A DNA stretch of 57,650 nucleotides. It comes from Octopus bimaculoides (taxonomy: Eukaryota). The position numbers were made by a program, and so were the translations under genes. The stretch covers positions 57,127,607 through 57,185,256 of the forward strand of contig NC_068987.1 of NCBI RefSeq assembly GCF_001194135.2, given 5' to 3'. Under the pieces are notes generated by a model that worked only from the letters and a program-made list of their open reading frames with translations, did no database searches and was not told where the DNA came from. The stretch's first letter is position 1. Every line of letters starts with the position of its first letter. Below are positions 11,427 through 22,700 of this stretch, piece by piece.

Positions 11427-12049
11427 TGTGTAACTTATTTGATTTAGGGGTGCTGATTTCGAATCTGTTCTTAGAATTTTCGAATCAAAGTTCTTTTTTT
11501 TTTTTTTACCCCTTCTTTCAGACAGCGTTTTCAAATTTTAGCAATATAGTTGTATATAAAATGCACATATTAGTATTGCATAACATACAAGTATATGATA
11601 TAATAGCTAGAATAGAATAATTTTAGTGTTTGAAGAGGCGATTTACTCCATTTCATTTATATACGACATTATGTTTATAGTTAAGAAAGGTAGATATAAT
11701 TTGAAAAAAATTATTAAAAATAAAATAAATCTTTAGCGCAAATGCAGACGTTCTTGCATTATGTAGCCACGTAAAAGAAAAGAAAAAAGCAGAAAGAAGA
11801 TGAAAACACAAAAACCATCACTGAAATAATGCACACTATGTATGCATAATATAACCCAGCCAACAAATTTTGTCCATTTTATTTTAATCCAATGTCCAAA
11901 GCTGTAGATTAAGCATACGACCAATGTGCGCTGTTTAAGCTTTCTCAAGCAGTTATCATTTCAGGTAGTGTTTCTCAACCATGTAAAAAATCTCAAGCTC
12001 CACTTCATACATGTGTGTGTGTGTGTGTGTGTTTTTGCTTGCTTGCTTC

Positions 12050-12250
12050 ATGCTCTTGCTTGATGGGGTTGGGGTCATCCCAGGCTGGTGGTCCCAGAGA
12101 CATAATCTTGGGTAGACCCGACTAGATCCAGCCCCTCTGCATATTCGAAGATGATGTTGAGTCTCCAGAGATCTTCCTTAATCACATGCAGCCATCTGGT
12201 GCGGGGTCTCTTTCAATCCGCTGCTGCTGCGCCGAATGAGAGTAAGACCT
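12050..12250 (-). mobile_element. RTE-clade LINE 3' coding end fragment
   Basis: Minus strand translates RPRTRWLHVIKEDLWRLNI, resembling the RTE C-terminal GRPRxRWxDxIxxDL motif. Confidence 0.55.
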
Positions 12251-12258
12251 GGTATGTA

Positions 12259-12302
<44 letters not shown>

Positions 12303-12956
12303 NNNNNNNNNNNNNNNNNNNNNNNNNNNNNNNNNNNNNNNNNNNNNNNNNNNNNNNNNNNNNNNNNNNNNNNNNNNNNNNNNNNNNNNNNNNNNNNNNN
12401 NNNNNNNNNNNNNNNNNNNNNNNNNNNNNNNNNNNNNNNNNNNNNNNNNNNNNNNNNNNNNNNNNNNNNNNNNNNNNNNNNNNNNNNNNNNNNNNNNNNN
12501 NNNNNNNNNNNNNNNNNNNNNNNNNNNNNNNNNNNNNNNNNNNNNNNNNNNNNNNNNNNNNNNNNNNNNNNNNNNNNNNNNNNNNNNNNNNNNNNNNNNN
12601 NNNNNNNNNNNNNNNNNNNNNNNNNNNNNNNNNNNNNNNNNNNNNNNNNNNNNNNNNNNNNNNNNNNNNNNNNNNNNNNNNNNNNNNNNNNNNNNNNNNN
12701 NNNNNNNNNNNNNNNNNNNNNNNNNNNNNNNNNNNNNNNNNNNNNNNNNNNNNNNNNNNNNNNNNNNNNNNNNNNNNNNNNNNNNNNNNNNNNNNNNNNN
12801 NNNNNNNNNNNNNNNNNNNNNNNNNNNNNNNNNNNNNNNNNNNNNNNNNNNNNNNNNNNNNNNNNNNNNNNNNNNNNNNNNNNNNNNNNNNNNNNNNNNN
12901 NNNNNNNNNNNNNNNNNNNNNNNNNNNNNNNNNNNNNNNNNNNNNNNNNNNNNTAT

Positions 12957-13670
12957 ATCATCATCATCGTTTTACATCCGCTTTCCATGCTGGCGTGGGT
13001 TGGACAGTTTAACTGAGAACAGGTGAGCTGGAGAACTGCACCAGGCTCAATCTCATCTGGCAAAGTTTCTACAGCTGGATGTCCTTCCTAATGCCAACCA
13101 CTCTGAGAGTGTAGTGGGTGCTTTTACGCGGTACAAGAACCAGTCAGGCGGTTCTGGTAATGACCACGCTCAAAAGGTGTTTTTACGTGCTACCTGCACA
13201 GGAGACAGTCCGGCGGCATTGGCAACGACCACACTCGAATGTTGTTTTTCACGTGCCACCAGCACATGTACCGGTAAAGCGACGCTGACAACGATCACGC
13301 TCGAATGGTGCTTTTCACGTGTCACCAGCACGGGTGCCAATACGTGGCCCACCAGCACGGGAACCAATCCATGGACCCCTACCTCTACTTGGAAATTCTT
13401 CACTGTATTCGTTGCCAACCCTCACCTTACTGATAGCATCCCTGTACATGGCTTATACAGCTCTCACTAACCATTCATCTATCCCTAGTTTCCTCATTGG
13501 CAATCAGATAAGGGATAAGGGGACCCTGTCAAAGGCTTTCTCCATGTCAACGAAAGCCAGGTACAGAGGTTTACCTTTGGCTGGGTATTTCTCTTGCAGC
13601 TGTCTTACCAGAAATATAGCATCAGTGGTGCTTTTCTCTGGCATGAACGATAGTTTGTATTGTACAATGG
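12957..13670 (-). mobile_element. RTE RT fragment fused directly to family B-like modules and tail
   Basis: Minus strand reads STTDAIFLVRQLQEKYPAKGKPLYLAFVDMEKAFDRVP..LGIDEWLVRAV..VEVGVH, then switches at about 13372 into module repeats and a (gat)n tail at 12957. Confidence 0.8.
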
Positions 13671-14442
13671 CTCATTAAAGAGTTTTTTTCTGAGTACTAT
13701 CATGTGTGTGTGTGTGTGTGTGTGTGTGAGAAGGCGCGTGGCCTAGCGGATAGGCAGTTGCACTCACGATCGCTAGATCGTGGGTTCGATTCCTAGACTG
13801 GGAGGCGTGTTGTGTTCTTGAGCATAATACTTAATTTCATGTTACTCCAGTCCTCTTTCGATCAAGGGGGATTGTTGGCATGCTCGCCTTGGTCGTATAT
13901 AAAAATAATATTTTCCAACTTTCTGTTAGTTCTATTGCATTTTGAAAAATATGAATTTATTTTATGGTATCATTGTTTATATTTTGACTTACATATATAT
14001 GGGGGCACCAACATTTTTTAAGTGCTTAGGGCCTCAATCTGGCCCAGGATGTAGTGACTATAAATGTCTCCAACAGAAAGTATTCACAGAGTTACCATCC
14101 TTGTTGACACATACTTCATTGCATCATGGAATTTTTCATTGAGTATTTTGCTTTTATTGGCTACGGCCAGCCATAATGAATAATACACATAATCATAGTC
14201 GGCTTTATCTCGTATCCGAGAACTTAGTTTCTTCTTTACTGAACGCTTCCCTTATGGTGATGGCGTTGATGACTAAGTAGGCCAATTCTTACATAGAAGA
14301 GTCCATGGAATCGACTGCATGGCACTGTTGGAGGGTGACGAGGTTGATTTTGTCGAGCCTTTTACTCCTGTCGTTTGTTTTCTTCCTTTTCTCATAATAG
14401 AGATGTTAAAAGTCAACTGGTACCTGTGTCTGAAGCTTTTTA

Positions 14443-14657
14443 TTAACCCTTTAGCATTCAGATTGCTCTGTCAAATATAAGCTTATTTATTCACATTGTT
14501 TTGAACAAATAAGGCATTATCTCATAGCTTTGACGTTTCCACGACATTTAGAATGACATTGTAGGGTAGGTGTGTAAGGCAGGATCTGGCCAGTTTAAAC
14601 ATAAAGCTGGTAGAATATTTGGACCTGATGTGGCTGGTTTAAATGCTAAAGAGTCAA
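14443..14657. mobile_element. piggyBac-type MITE
   Basis: ttaa-ccctttagcatt ... aatgctaaagag-tcaa; inverted-orientation relative of the 27185-27415 copy. Confidence 0.7.
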
Positions 14658-15440
14658 GTGACGAAAGGCCTTACACAGGGCGATCCCCACTCACTGAACA
14701 CTCTCTTCCCAAAAGAAGAACTAATCTACATTATTGGCTGCAAACAAAGTTGCAGATGTTACTTTAGAGTTTTCCATCTCCAGGAGAGTTGCCTAAATTA
14801 AGACTAGGGATTTCTCATTACAAGCAGTTGGATAGCTGTTGACTATTGAGTTCACCCAGCCTTTTGACAGGTTTTTTTTTTCTTGTCCTCCAGAGTTTCC
14901 AATGAAAACTACTCTCCTTACGAAACAGGCTTTGCAGGGTTGTTAGATGTCCTGGATCACAGGCCCCTATTTATCTCATTTGGTTTATACGAAAGATCCC
15001 AGGGACGACACAAAAGCTATATCTAGAGGTGTCAATGGCTATATCCTAGAAAATCTTCTTTAGTTTATCTAGGGCCTAGATAAACTAAAGATGGACATAA
15101 ACCAAAACAATTTGTCACAAGAATCTTTTATTGCGAACAAAGATACATTTTTTTCCTAAGGAAAGTTATCTCTTGTGCATTTGTGATGGTGAGAATGGAA
15201 GAACTTCTATACATTCTGGAAACATATTGTGAATATAAATGGACACTTCTTCATGACATGGAACTGAACAGTTTATTCAATGCCATACAAATGTCACTTC
15301 CCAGCATTTTCAGTTTTTATCTTGGAAAACACATATTTCTTGGCAAAGTAAATATTTTCTCTTTATGTTACAATGCAGAAGCATGTACATTGGGTTGTAA
15401 ACTCTCTGGTATTCTGTTATTTAACTTTATGTATATATAC

Positions 15441-15800
15441 TCTTTTACTTGTTTCAGTCATTTGACTGCAGCCATGCTGGAGCACCGCCTTTAGTCGAGA
15501 AAATCGCCCCCAGGACTTATTCTTTGTAAGCCTAGTACATATTCTATCGGTCTCTTTTTGCCGAACCACTAAGTTACGGGGACGTAAACACACCAGCATC
15601 GGTTGTCAAGCGATGGTGGGGGACAAATACAGACACACATACATATATACGACAGGCTTCTTTCAGTTTCCGTCTACCAAATCCACTCACAAGGTTTTGG
15701 TCGGCCCGAGGCTATAGTAGAAGACACTTGCCCAAGGGACTGGACCCAGAACCATGTGGTTGGTAAGCAAGCTACTTACCACACAGCCACTCCTGCGCCT
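15441..15800 (-). mobile_element. SINE family A, near full length
   Basis: Minus strand runs from head aggcgcaggagtggctgtgtggtaagtagcttgc through ccaaaaccttgtgagtggatttggtagacgg to tail gcagtcaaatgactgaaacaagtaaaagag. Confidence 0.85.
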
Positions 15801-17039
15801 ATATATATTTATTGAACTGCTCGAAATAGTTGCATGCACAAATAATGTGTTTAAAATATTCGATTGAATATATTTTTGTATATTTAAGAAGTGGTATTTT
15901 GGAAAATAACTTTTTTCCCAAACATCATTTCAACGAGAAATAAAAAAAAAACCCAACAAAAACTCAGATTTGATTGTTGGTTCGAAATATTCCGAAAGAT
16001 TTACGAATCCACTTAAGCGTTACGAATCCACTTAAGGGTGGGGGTGTCCTTACAACAAACACTGAGCAGATGACATTTACTAGGCCTCAATGTAGTCACT
16101 CGACATGCTAAAAATAATAGCAAAATCACTCTCAAACCATTCACGGGGGCTGAGTTGCATTTGTAAGTCTTAATAAATCCTTTTTCTGATTCAATTAATA
16201 AATCATTGAATTTTCATGTCGGAATAAAGTGTGGTGGAGGACGGGGTGGGGGAAGAACAAATTTAATTTCAATCGTATAAAGTACGTTGATGGGTGGTGG
16301 TGACGGGCCGAGTGGGTTTGCGAAAATTTTGTCTCCAAAAATGCGGATTACACATTTCGCAATGTGGAATACTTATAATATGACGAAAGTGAAAGGTAAG
16401 GGAAAAGAGAAAAGAGAAAAAAAATAGAGATCAGACGTTTAGAAAACATGAATTAAAATATTTTTTTTTAAAAAAGAAAAGCTTCCCCACATTGCTTTGG
16501 AATGCAGGAAACCAACAAACCGGGGAGGGAGGAATGGAGAAGGGTACTGAAATTTTGATATACTATGTTTCTTTATTTGGCAAAATCGAAACTCATTGTC
16601 GAATGCAAAAAAGAAGTAGGGGAAAATGTTCAATAAAGTTGGCTGTTATTTCTACCACATGTAAGATCATATCATGCACTGACTGGAAATCACATCCAGA
16701 TGCAGAAATGAGCAAATATTGGCGTGGATGAGCGCGGGGTAAAAAGACTGAAATTGTTAGTAACCACCCTTTTACGCTTTTTTTCTTTTCTATGGGTTCT
16801 AAGATTTTCGGCGAGGGAGATTCTAATTATGCCAAAAATCAGCGTAGAACACTGCATCGGGAAACAGAAGATGCGATGGTGATCTGTACTGAATGCAGGC
16901 ACAACTTAAAAGTAAAACAAGTCAACTTGACATAATGTCATAGAAATGTCATGTTACATACAGCTGGAATTTACGGAGGATAAACATCGGCAATGTGATT
17001 CAGAAATGTACAAAAATGCGGGAACGAAATTAGCTTAGT

Positions 17040-17700
17040 GGTGGCAAACCCAGGACGTTCCTAGCGTTTTCATTGCCCAGTAAAATTTTAGGGTGTGCAA
17101 GCGCACCACCTGTTCTGGATCCTATGGGAATGTTTAGAAATTCTGGAAACGATTCGTAAAATTCCCGGATCTGTTCCTTGTAAATTGCCTCGATCAGGGA
17201 ACCACCTCATTTCCCCAATCGATCGGCTTATGTATTTTAGGCGTTTTCTGATACAAGATCAATAGGTCTCGATATGGTTAGTGCATGCCCCAGCGTAGGA
17301 ATTCACGAAATCTTTGGCATGATTCATTCACTGGTCGGTGAATGTACACAAGTTGGTGGGGATTCCGATAACTGGCTCATTTATCAGTAAAAATTACCGT
17401 ACCTGGCAAGACATTTTCCTTTTTGACAGATTCTAAAGTGACTGTACTCCTGTGAGGTACGTTGTGAAGGGAACCTTTGTTGGTGGTGGTGGTGGAATCG
17501 AAACACATATAACCTATATTTTTTTACCCATTCTACCGACATTGTTCTTTTTGCCTGAATAACAAACTTTTAAATCTGTCTCCATTTCGTGATTCAGACC
17601 ATTGAGCAGAGCTTTATCATCCAGCATCTTGGCTGCACACACTTTTCGGCAAACTAGTCTCTAGCCCTCAAAGCTGCTGATCCTGTGCCTAAATTAAAAG
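17040..17700 (-). mobile_element. Merlin (IS1595/ISXO2-like) DDE transposase relic
   Basis: Minus strand translates CRKVCAAKMLDDKALLNGLNHEMETDLKVCYSGKKNNVGRMGKKI*V..VPHRSTVTLESVKKENVLPGTVIFTDK*ASY..HRPVN/HAKDFVNSYAGACTNHIETY*S. This matches the ISXO2 motifs EIDE, GR, LPGT.I.TD.W.xY, VNH..FV, TNxIE..W. Possible TIR ggtggcaaaccc at 17040. Confidence 0.82.
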
Positions 17701-17760
17701 CCTATTTACTATGTCACCGAGGTGTCAGCCAACGACACTGAACGATTCAAAATATTTGCA

Positions 17761-17830
17761 CTGCGCATGTCCACAACTACGATCAACCAATCAGAAGCTG
17801 TATTTTAAATTTGTGGCAAATTTAAAAATT
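17761..17830 (+). promoter_or_regulatory. Candidate kinesin-14 core promoter (NRF1-like site, CCAAT box, CHR-like TTTAAA x2)
   Basis: tgcgcatg at 17762-17769, aaccaatcag at 17785-17794, tttaaa at 17804-17809 and 17821-17826; 90-150 nt upstream of the ATG, in a CpG-retaining zone. Confidence 0.55.
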
Positions 17831-17914
17831 TTCTCGCTGTTTTAGCTGTAAGGATCCTCATTCCATTACAATACGTTGTTTCTTTAGTCATTTATTTGTG
17901 AAATATAAACAACA

Positions 17915-17926
17915 ATGAATAATCAG
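17915..17926 (+). CDS. KIFC1: Kinesin-14 coding exon 1 (MNNQ)
   Basis: aacaATGAATAATCAG|gtgagc; phase 0 matches exon 2; lies just downstream of CCAAT/CHR motifs. Confidence 0.7.
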
Positions 17927-19707
17927 GTGAGCATATTTATATTTTATGTGATTTCAGTTGTTTTAATTATTTTTGTCGAATGTTTTCCTTTACATTTCTT
18001 TCTGTTTATAATTAACTTTGTGGTTATTTTTAATGATAGTTTACACATTACTGAACAGTTAATTTGCTCTCTCTTGTGTATAGAATAAAATTTTAAGAAG
18101 CACGTCTCATTATCATTACTTAATTTCTTATAAGATAATTCAATCATTAATAGTGCCCGTCATTCTCACTTTGTTCGATAACGCGCCTATTGCACAATAA
18201 GCAATTATATTGTTTTTATATTATTGTTTGATGTGTTTATTGTGTACGGAAGATCCTCTTAATGACTTGTAATATAATTTGGCCGTTAAGGCAACTTTAC
18301 CGAAGTAAATGATCTCAATATTAATTGTAAATGAAAATATTTTGTACCGAAAAAACTTGGTGAAAATCTTAAAGAAGTGAACAAAAAGCTCTTTTAACAT
18401 TTAGTTTGTGTATTTTCGTTAGTTAACTGATTATAACTATTTACCAGTTTGAACTCAGTGAATCTCTTCGCAAGATATTCAAGATATTGGAATTAATTTT
18501 GGTAATATTTACCTTTTTAGGCATAAATAATATGCACATCTCCCGTTTTTGGCGTAACAAAAACCCTAATCACCTGGTGTTCGTATTCTTTACCTTCGCG
18601 AAAGGAATTTCAACACGACTACAGCTTCCCAACCGCGATCATCCTGTCCCTTTAAACCCATATCTCGATTAGTTGTACTCAACACTTTAATACAGTTTAT
18701 AATGCGTTATTGTGAATGTGCAGAAAATGAATCGGACCTTTTCGTTTTGTAAACATTTCTGAATATCCAGAATTTTCTATTTGTCCACGTAGAAGAATAG
18801 AGAAAACCTTTTGTTAAGCAGAATCAGAGTGCTGGTCAAAATGACTGACGGTTACCATTCCTTCAGTTCAAATCCTCACGGTCGATTTCTCCCGGGGACC
18901 ACACAATAAATACCAGCCATATATTGTTGTCGAGTAAACGAGCCATATTTTTGACCCCTATATCTGTGGCTTTGCATCATAAATCATTATTGTTGGTAAA
19001 ATGTGTGGTATGACGTCAGTGTCAAAATGTTTACTAATCTTAAAATAATCGTTTCCTTTTTACTGTATTTCAAAATTTCTGACAGCTGGGGGAAGGGGGT
19101 GCATGGCTCGCACTAACCATCATACAGGGCAATGCTACAAGACTCCTCTCAGTAATTCTCCCTATGTAAATAGCTTTTAATCTCAAACCGTATCAACGAA
19201 GCAAAACACTAAAAATCAAAAACAACACATTTTAGTTTTGGGCGGAATTCTGGTTTAAGCATTCTATAGTTAAGAAAAGAACGAGCATCACGCAATTTTT
19301 ATCAGCTCTTACCCTTACATATTTGTGGCAGTGGGATGGCAGATATTGGATTATTTCCTATTTAAGTAACGTGTCTAAATGATTCAAAGGGAGAAGCTGT
19401 TCTCCGAATACGTTATACAACGGCGAATCATATATTCATGTTCAAATCTGCCTGATTGTGTTTGAGAACGAATGGATACATTAAAAAGTACATAGTTTTC
19501 TGTGTACAAACTCTGTATTTAATTTATATATACGCCGCGACATGGCACATATTACAAAAATATAACTGTTTCAACAACGAAGTAAAACCAGCATTCCAAC
19601 CGCTATCATCTAGTCAGATTATTTTGGAAAAAAAAAAAAAAATTATATAAGGACTATATTTCTACATTTTATAAATTGTATAGATATTTAACGATTTATT
19701 CATTCAC

Positions 19708-19776
<69 letters not shown>

Positions 19777-22700
19777 TGTATCTGGTTTAGTAGTATCGTT
19801 GTGACTGCTACAAGAACAAAGGTGATGTATGAGAGCGAGGAAATTACAAAGCATCAAATTTTTGGGCAATGGTGTAACAGTCACAGAAAGAGTCATGGCA
19901 CAAGTGATCAGGAGTGGAATTATTCTAGAAGAGATGCAACTGGGCTTTGTGGCTGGAAGAGGCATTAGTTGTCATCCTTGGGAGTGAGCTGCAGGAAAAA
20001 TACTTAGCTAAGGAGTTAGCCACTTTACCTAACATTTTTGGGCTTCAACAAGGACAATGACAGGATGTCATGCTCTGTATTTGGCTCATCACATAGGCAA
20101 TTAAGTGCAGATAAATGGCTTTGTGAGGGCTGTACAAGCTATGTATAAAGATGCTGTTGGCAAAGTCAATGTCAGTGATGAGTTTAGCGACATATTTAGT
20201 ATAAAGATATGTGTCCAACAGGGTTCATTCCTCAGTCCCTCTTATTCATCATAGTCATACAGGCCTCACTAGGGAGTTCCAAGATTGACTAATCATGTTT
20301 CTTTTATGTGCTGATAATCTGGTTTTCATAACTGAATCTGTTGCATGTAGAGAAGTGAAAACCTGGCATCAGAAGGCCTTAAGACTAAAGTGTTAGTAAC
20401 AAAAATGACAGGACTTTGGTACCATCAGGGATATGGTCTTGCTGGATGAAAAAAGGACTATATTTCTAAAAAAAATGTTTCCTAAACTACGAAACCTTTT
20501 TATGGAATATAGAAAAGGGGGAAAAAAATTATATGCAGAAAAGGAGTATGTAGGAACTTGATATTGTTGTACTCAGTGTTAGCTGTGGATAGACATGAGA
20601 TGACAGGCTAACCACACAAGGCGGACTTTGTGTGAGGCAGATCATCATCATCATCGTATAACGTCCGCTTTCCATGCTAGCATGGGTTGGACGATTTGAC
20701 TGAGGACTGGTGAAACCAGATGGCTACACCAGGCTCCAATCTGATTTGGCAGAGTTTCTACAGCTGGATGCCCTTCCTAACGCCAACCACTCTGAGAGTG
20801 TAGTGAGTGCTTTTACGTGCCACCCGCATGAGGCCAGTCAGGCGGTACTGGCAGCGGCCACGCTCAAATGATGTATTTTATGTGCCACCCGCACAAGAGC
20901 CAGTCCTGGGGCACTGGCAACGATCTCGCTCGAAAGTCCATTACACATGCCACGGGCATAAGTGCCAGAAAGGCGACGCTGGGCACAGGTACCATCTCGA
21001 TTTCGCTTTCGCTTGCCCCAATAAGTCTTCGCAAGCTGAGTTTCATGTCCAATGAAGGAGACGACGTTGGCATGGGTGCCAGTCGTCGAATTTAGTTCGG
21101 TTTCGATTTCACTTGCCTCAACAGGTCTTCGCAAGCGGAGTTTAGTGTCCAAAGAAGGAAAGGTACGCATAAGTGGGCTGGCTACACCCCTGGCAGAGGC
21201 CTTGGAGATGCTAGAGAAATAAAAGCTGAGAGCACACTGGAAATAGATTCTGTTAAATACCTGGCAGGTTCACTAGAAGTAGTTGATAGCTAAGTGCCAT
21301 AATTAGCAGTGATGATGGTGGTTCCAAAAGTATAGTCACTTGAGTAAGAACAGGGTGGAAAAAGTTCATGGAAGCAGTATTAGTACCAAAAAGCAATCTT
21401 TATATCCATCTTAACATGGATGTGTTGTTAGAAAGATGAATACTGCCATTGTTTTTGTCACTAATAATTTCTTAATCTATTTGCAACATCTGTGGAAAGA
21501 CACTGATAATATATCATGGTAGCGAAATTTGGCTGTTACTGAACTTACATACACTGTCATCTCTCACATGCTTGGAACCAATCTTACCTACCTTCTTGTT
21601 CACCTTCCCCACTTCACTCAACTTCCCAGTAATTTCAGTCATCTATCACTCATACTTATCTTTGTGATACTTGCAAATGATAAATGGTCCTCCCTACATC
21701 TTCATCCTCATCATTCTGCCTCCTTTCACTAAGCTTAGTAATGTAAAGGAAGAAAAAAGATGGAAGTGAAGAGAGAATTACGGTAGTCTTACCTGTCGGT
21801 CCAGAAAAAGGGTCACTTTCAACATCCATGTGCGCTATCTGTTGCTGTACAGTCTCACACGTCCGCTCTGATGTGCTGTCCACCACCAACTGGCCCCTCA
21901 TGCTTCGCTGATGCTGCATGTCCACCACGGCACTTCTGGTGGGATCCACAGGCTCCACTTCCGATAGGACATGCTTACTCCCTCACTTCCGATCCTTCCC
22001 TACAACACAGCCTGGCTCATAACACCACACGCCCCACTGATCTGAAGATCATTCAACCAACCTGCCCCTGCCCTCTTCTCAACCCCGACCACACGCCTTA
22101 ACTTGTCTAGTAATCAGCCAACCAATAAGGAGGGCAGCACTCCCTCTGTGACTGCCGTGGGACTTCAGGACTAGCCTCAGTTCCTGGCATGTTCCTGCCG
22201 GCTTTGTCCTCTTGTCCATTATTGTTGGCNNNNNNNNNNNNNNNNNNNNNNNNNNNNNNNNNNNNNNNNNNNNNNNNNNNNNNNNNNNNNNNNNNNNNNN
22301 NNNNNNNNNNNNNNNNNNNNNNNNNNNNNNNNNNNNNNNNNNNNNNNNNNNNNNNNNNNNNNNNNNNNNNNNNNNNNNNNNNNNNNNNNNNNNNNNNNNN
22401 NNNNNNNNNNNNNNNNNNNNNNNNNNNNNNNNNNNNNNNNNNNNNNNNNNNNNNNNNNNNNNNNNNNNNNNNNNNNNNNNNNNNNNNNNNNNNNNNNNNN
22501 NNNNNNNNNNNNNNNNNNNNNNNNNNNNNNNNNNNNNNNNNNNNNNNNNNNNNNNNNNNNNNNATGATGCTTCACCACAACCCCATTGCCACTTGGCCGG
22601 TATGCCGTCCTGAAGAAACAGCTGATATGCCACTTGTTGAGCATTTCCGCCAGCACCTCTGAGTGAAATGCAGTACCATTGTCCACAAGCAGCTCATCCA

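Noticed and set aside
12151-13063. Long ORFs dominated by X (also at 22079-22701, 35819-36152, 47587-48479, 50138-50517, 53430-53643)
   Set aside because: Artefacts of translating N gaps.
13100-13370. Repeat-spacer-like pattern suggesting CRISPR
   Set aside because: Eukaryotic context, the units are degenerate retroelement modules without unique spacers, and there are no cas genes.
16001-16038. 19-bp tandem duplication ttacgaatccacttaag(c/g)g
   Set aside because: Simple slippage duplication with no further signal.
16341-16395. ATG-initiated MRITHFAMWNTYNMTKVK followed by a gtaagg donor, as an alternative kinesin first exon
   Set aside because: Phase 1 is incompatible with phase-0 exon 2, and there is no homology.
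20990-21205. HDV-like, hammerhead or pistol ribozyme fit for family B hairpins
   Set aside because: No P1 partner for an HDV fold, no intact CUGANGA/GAAA core, and no pistol P2/P3 arrangement. Kept only as an open structural question.
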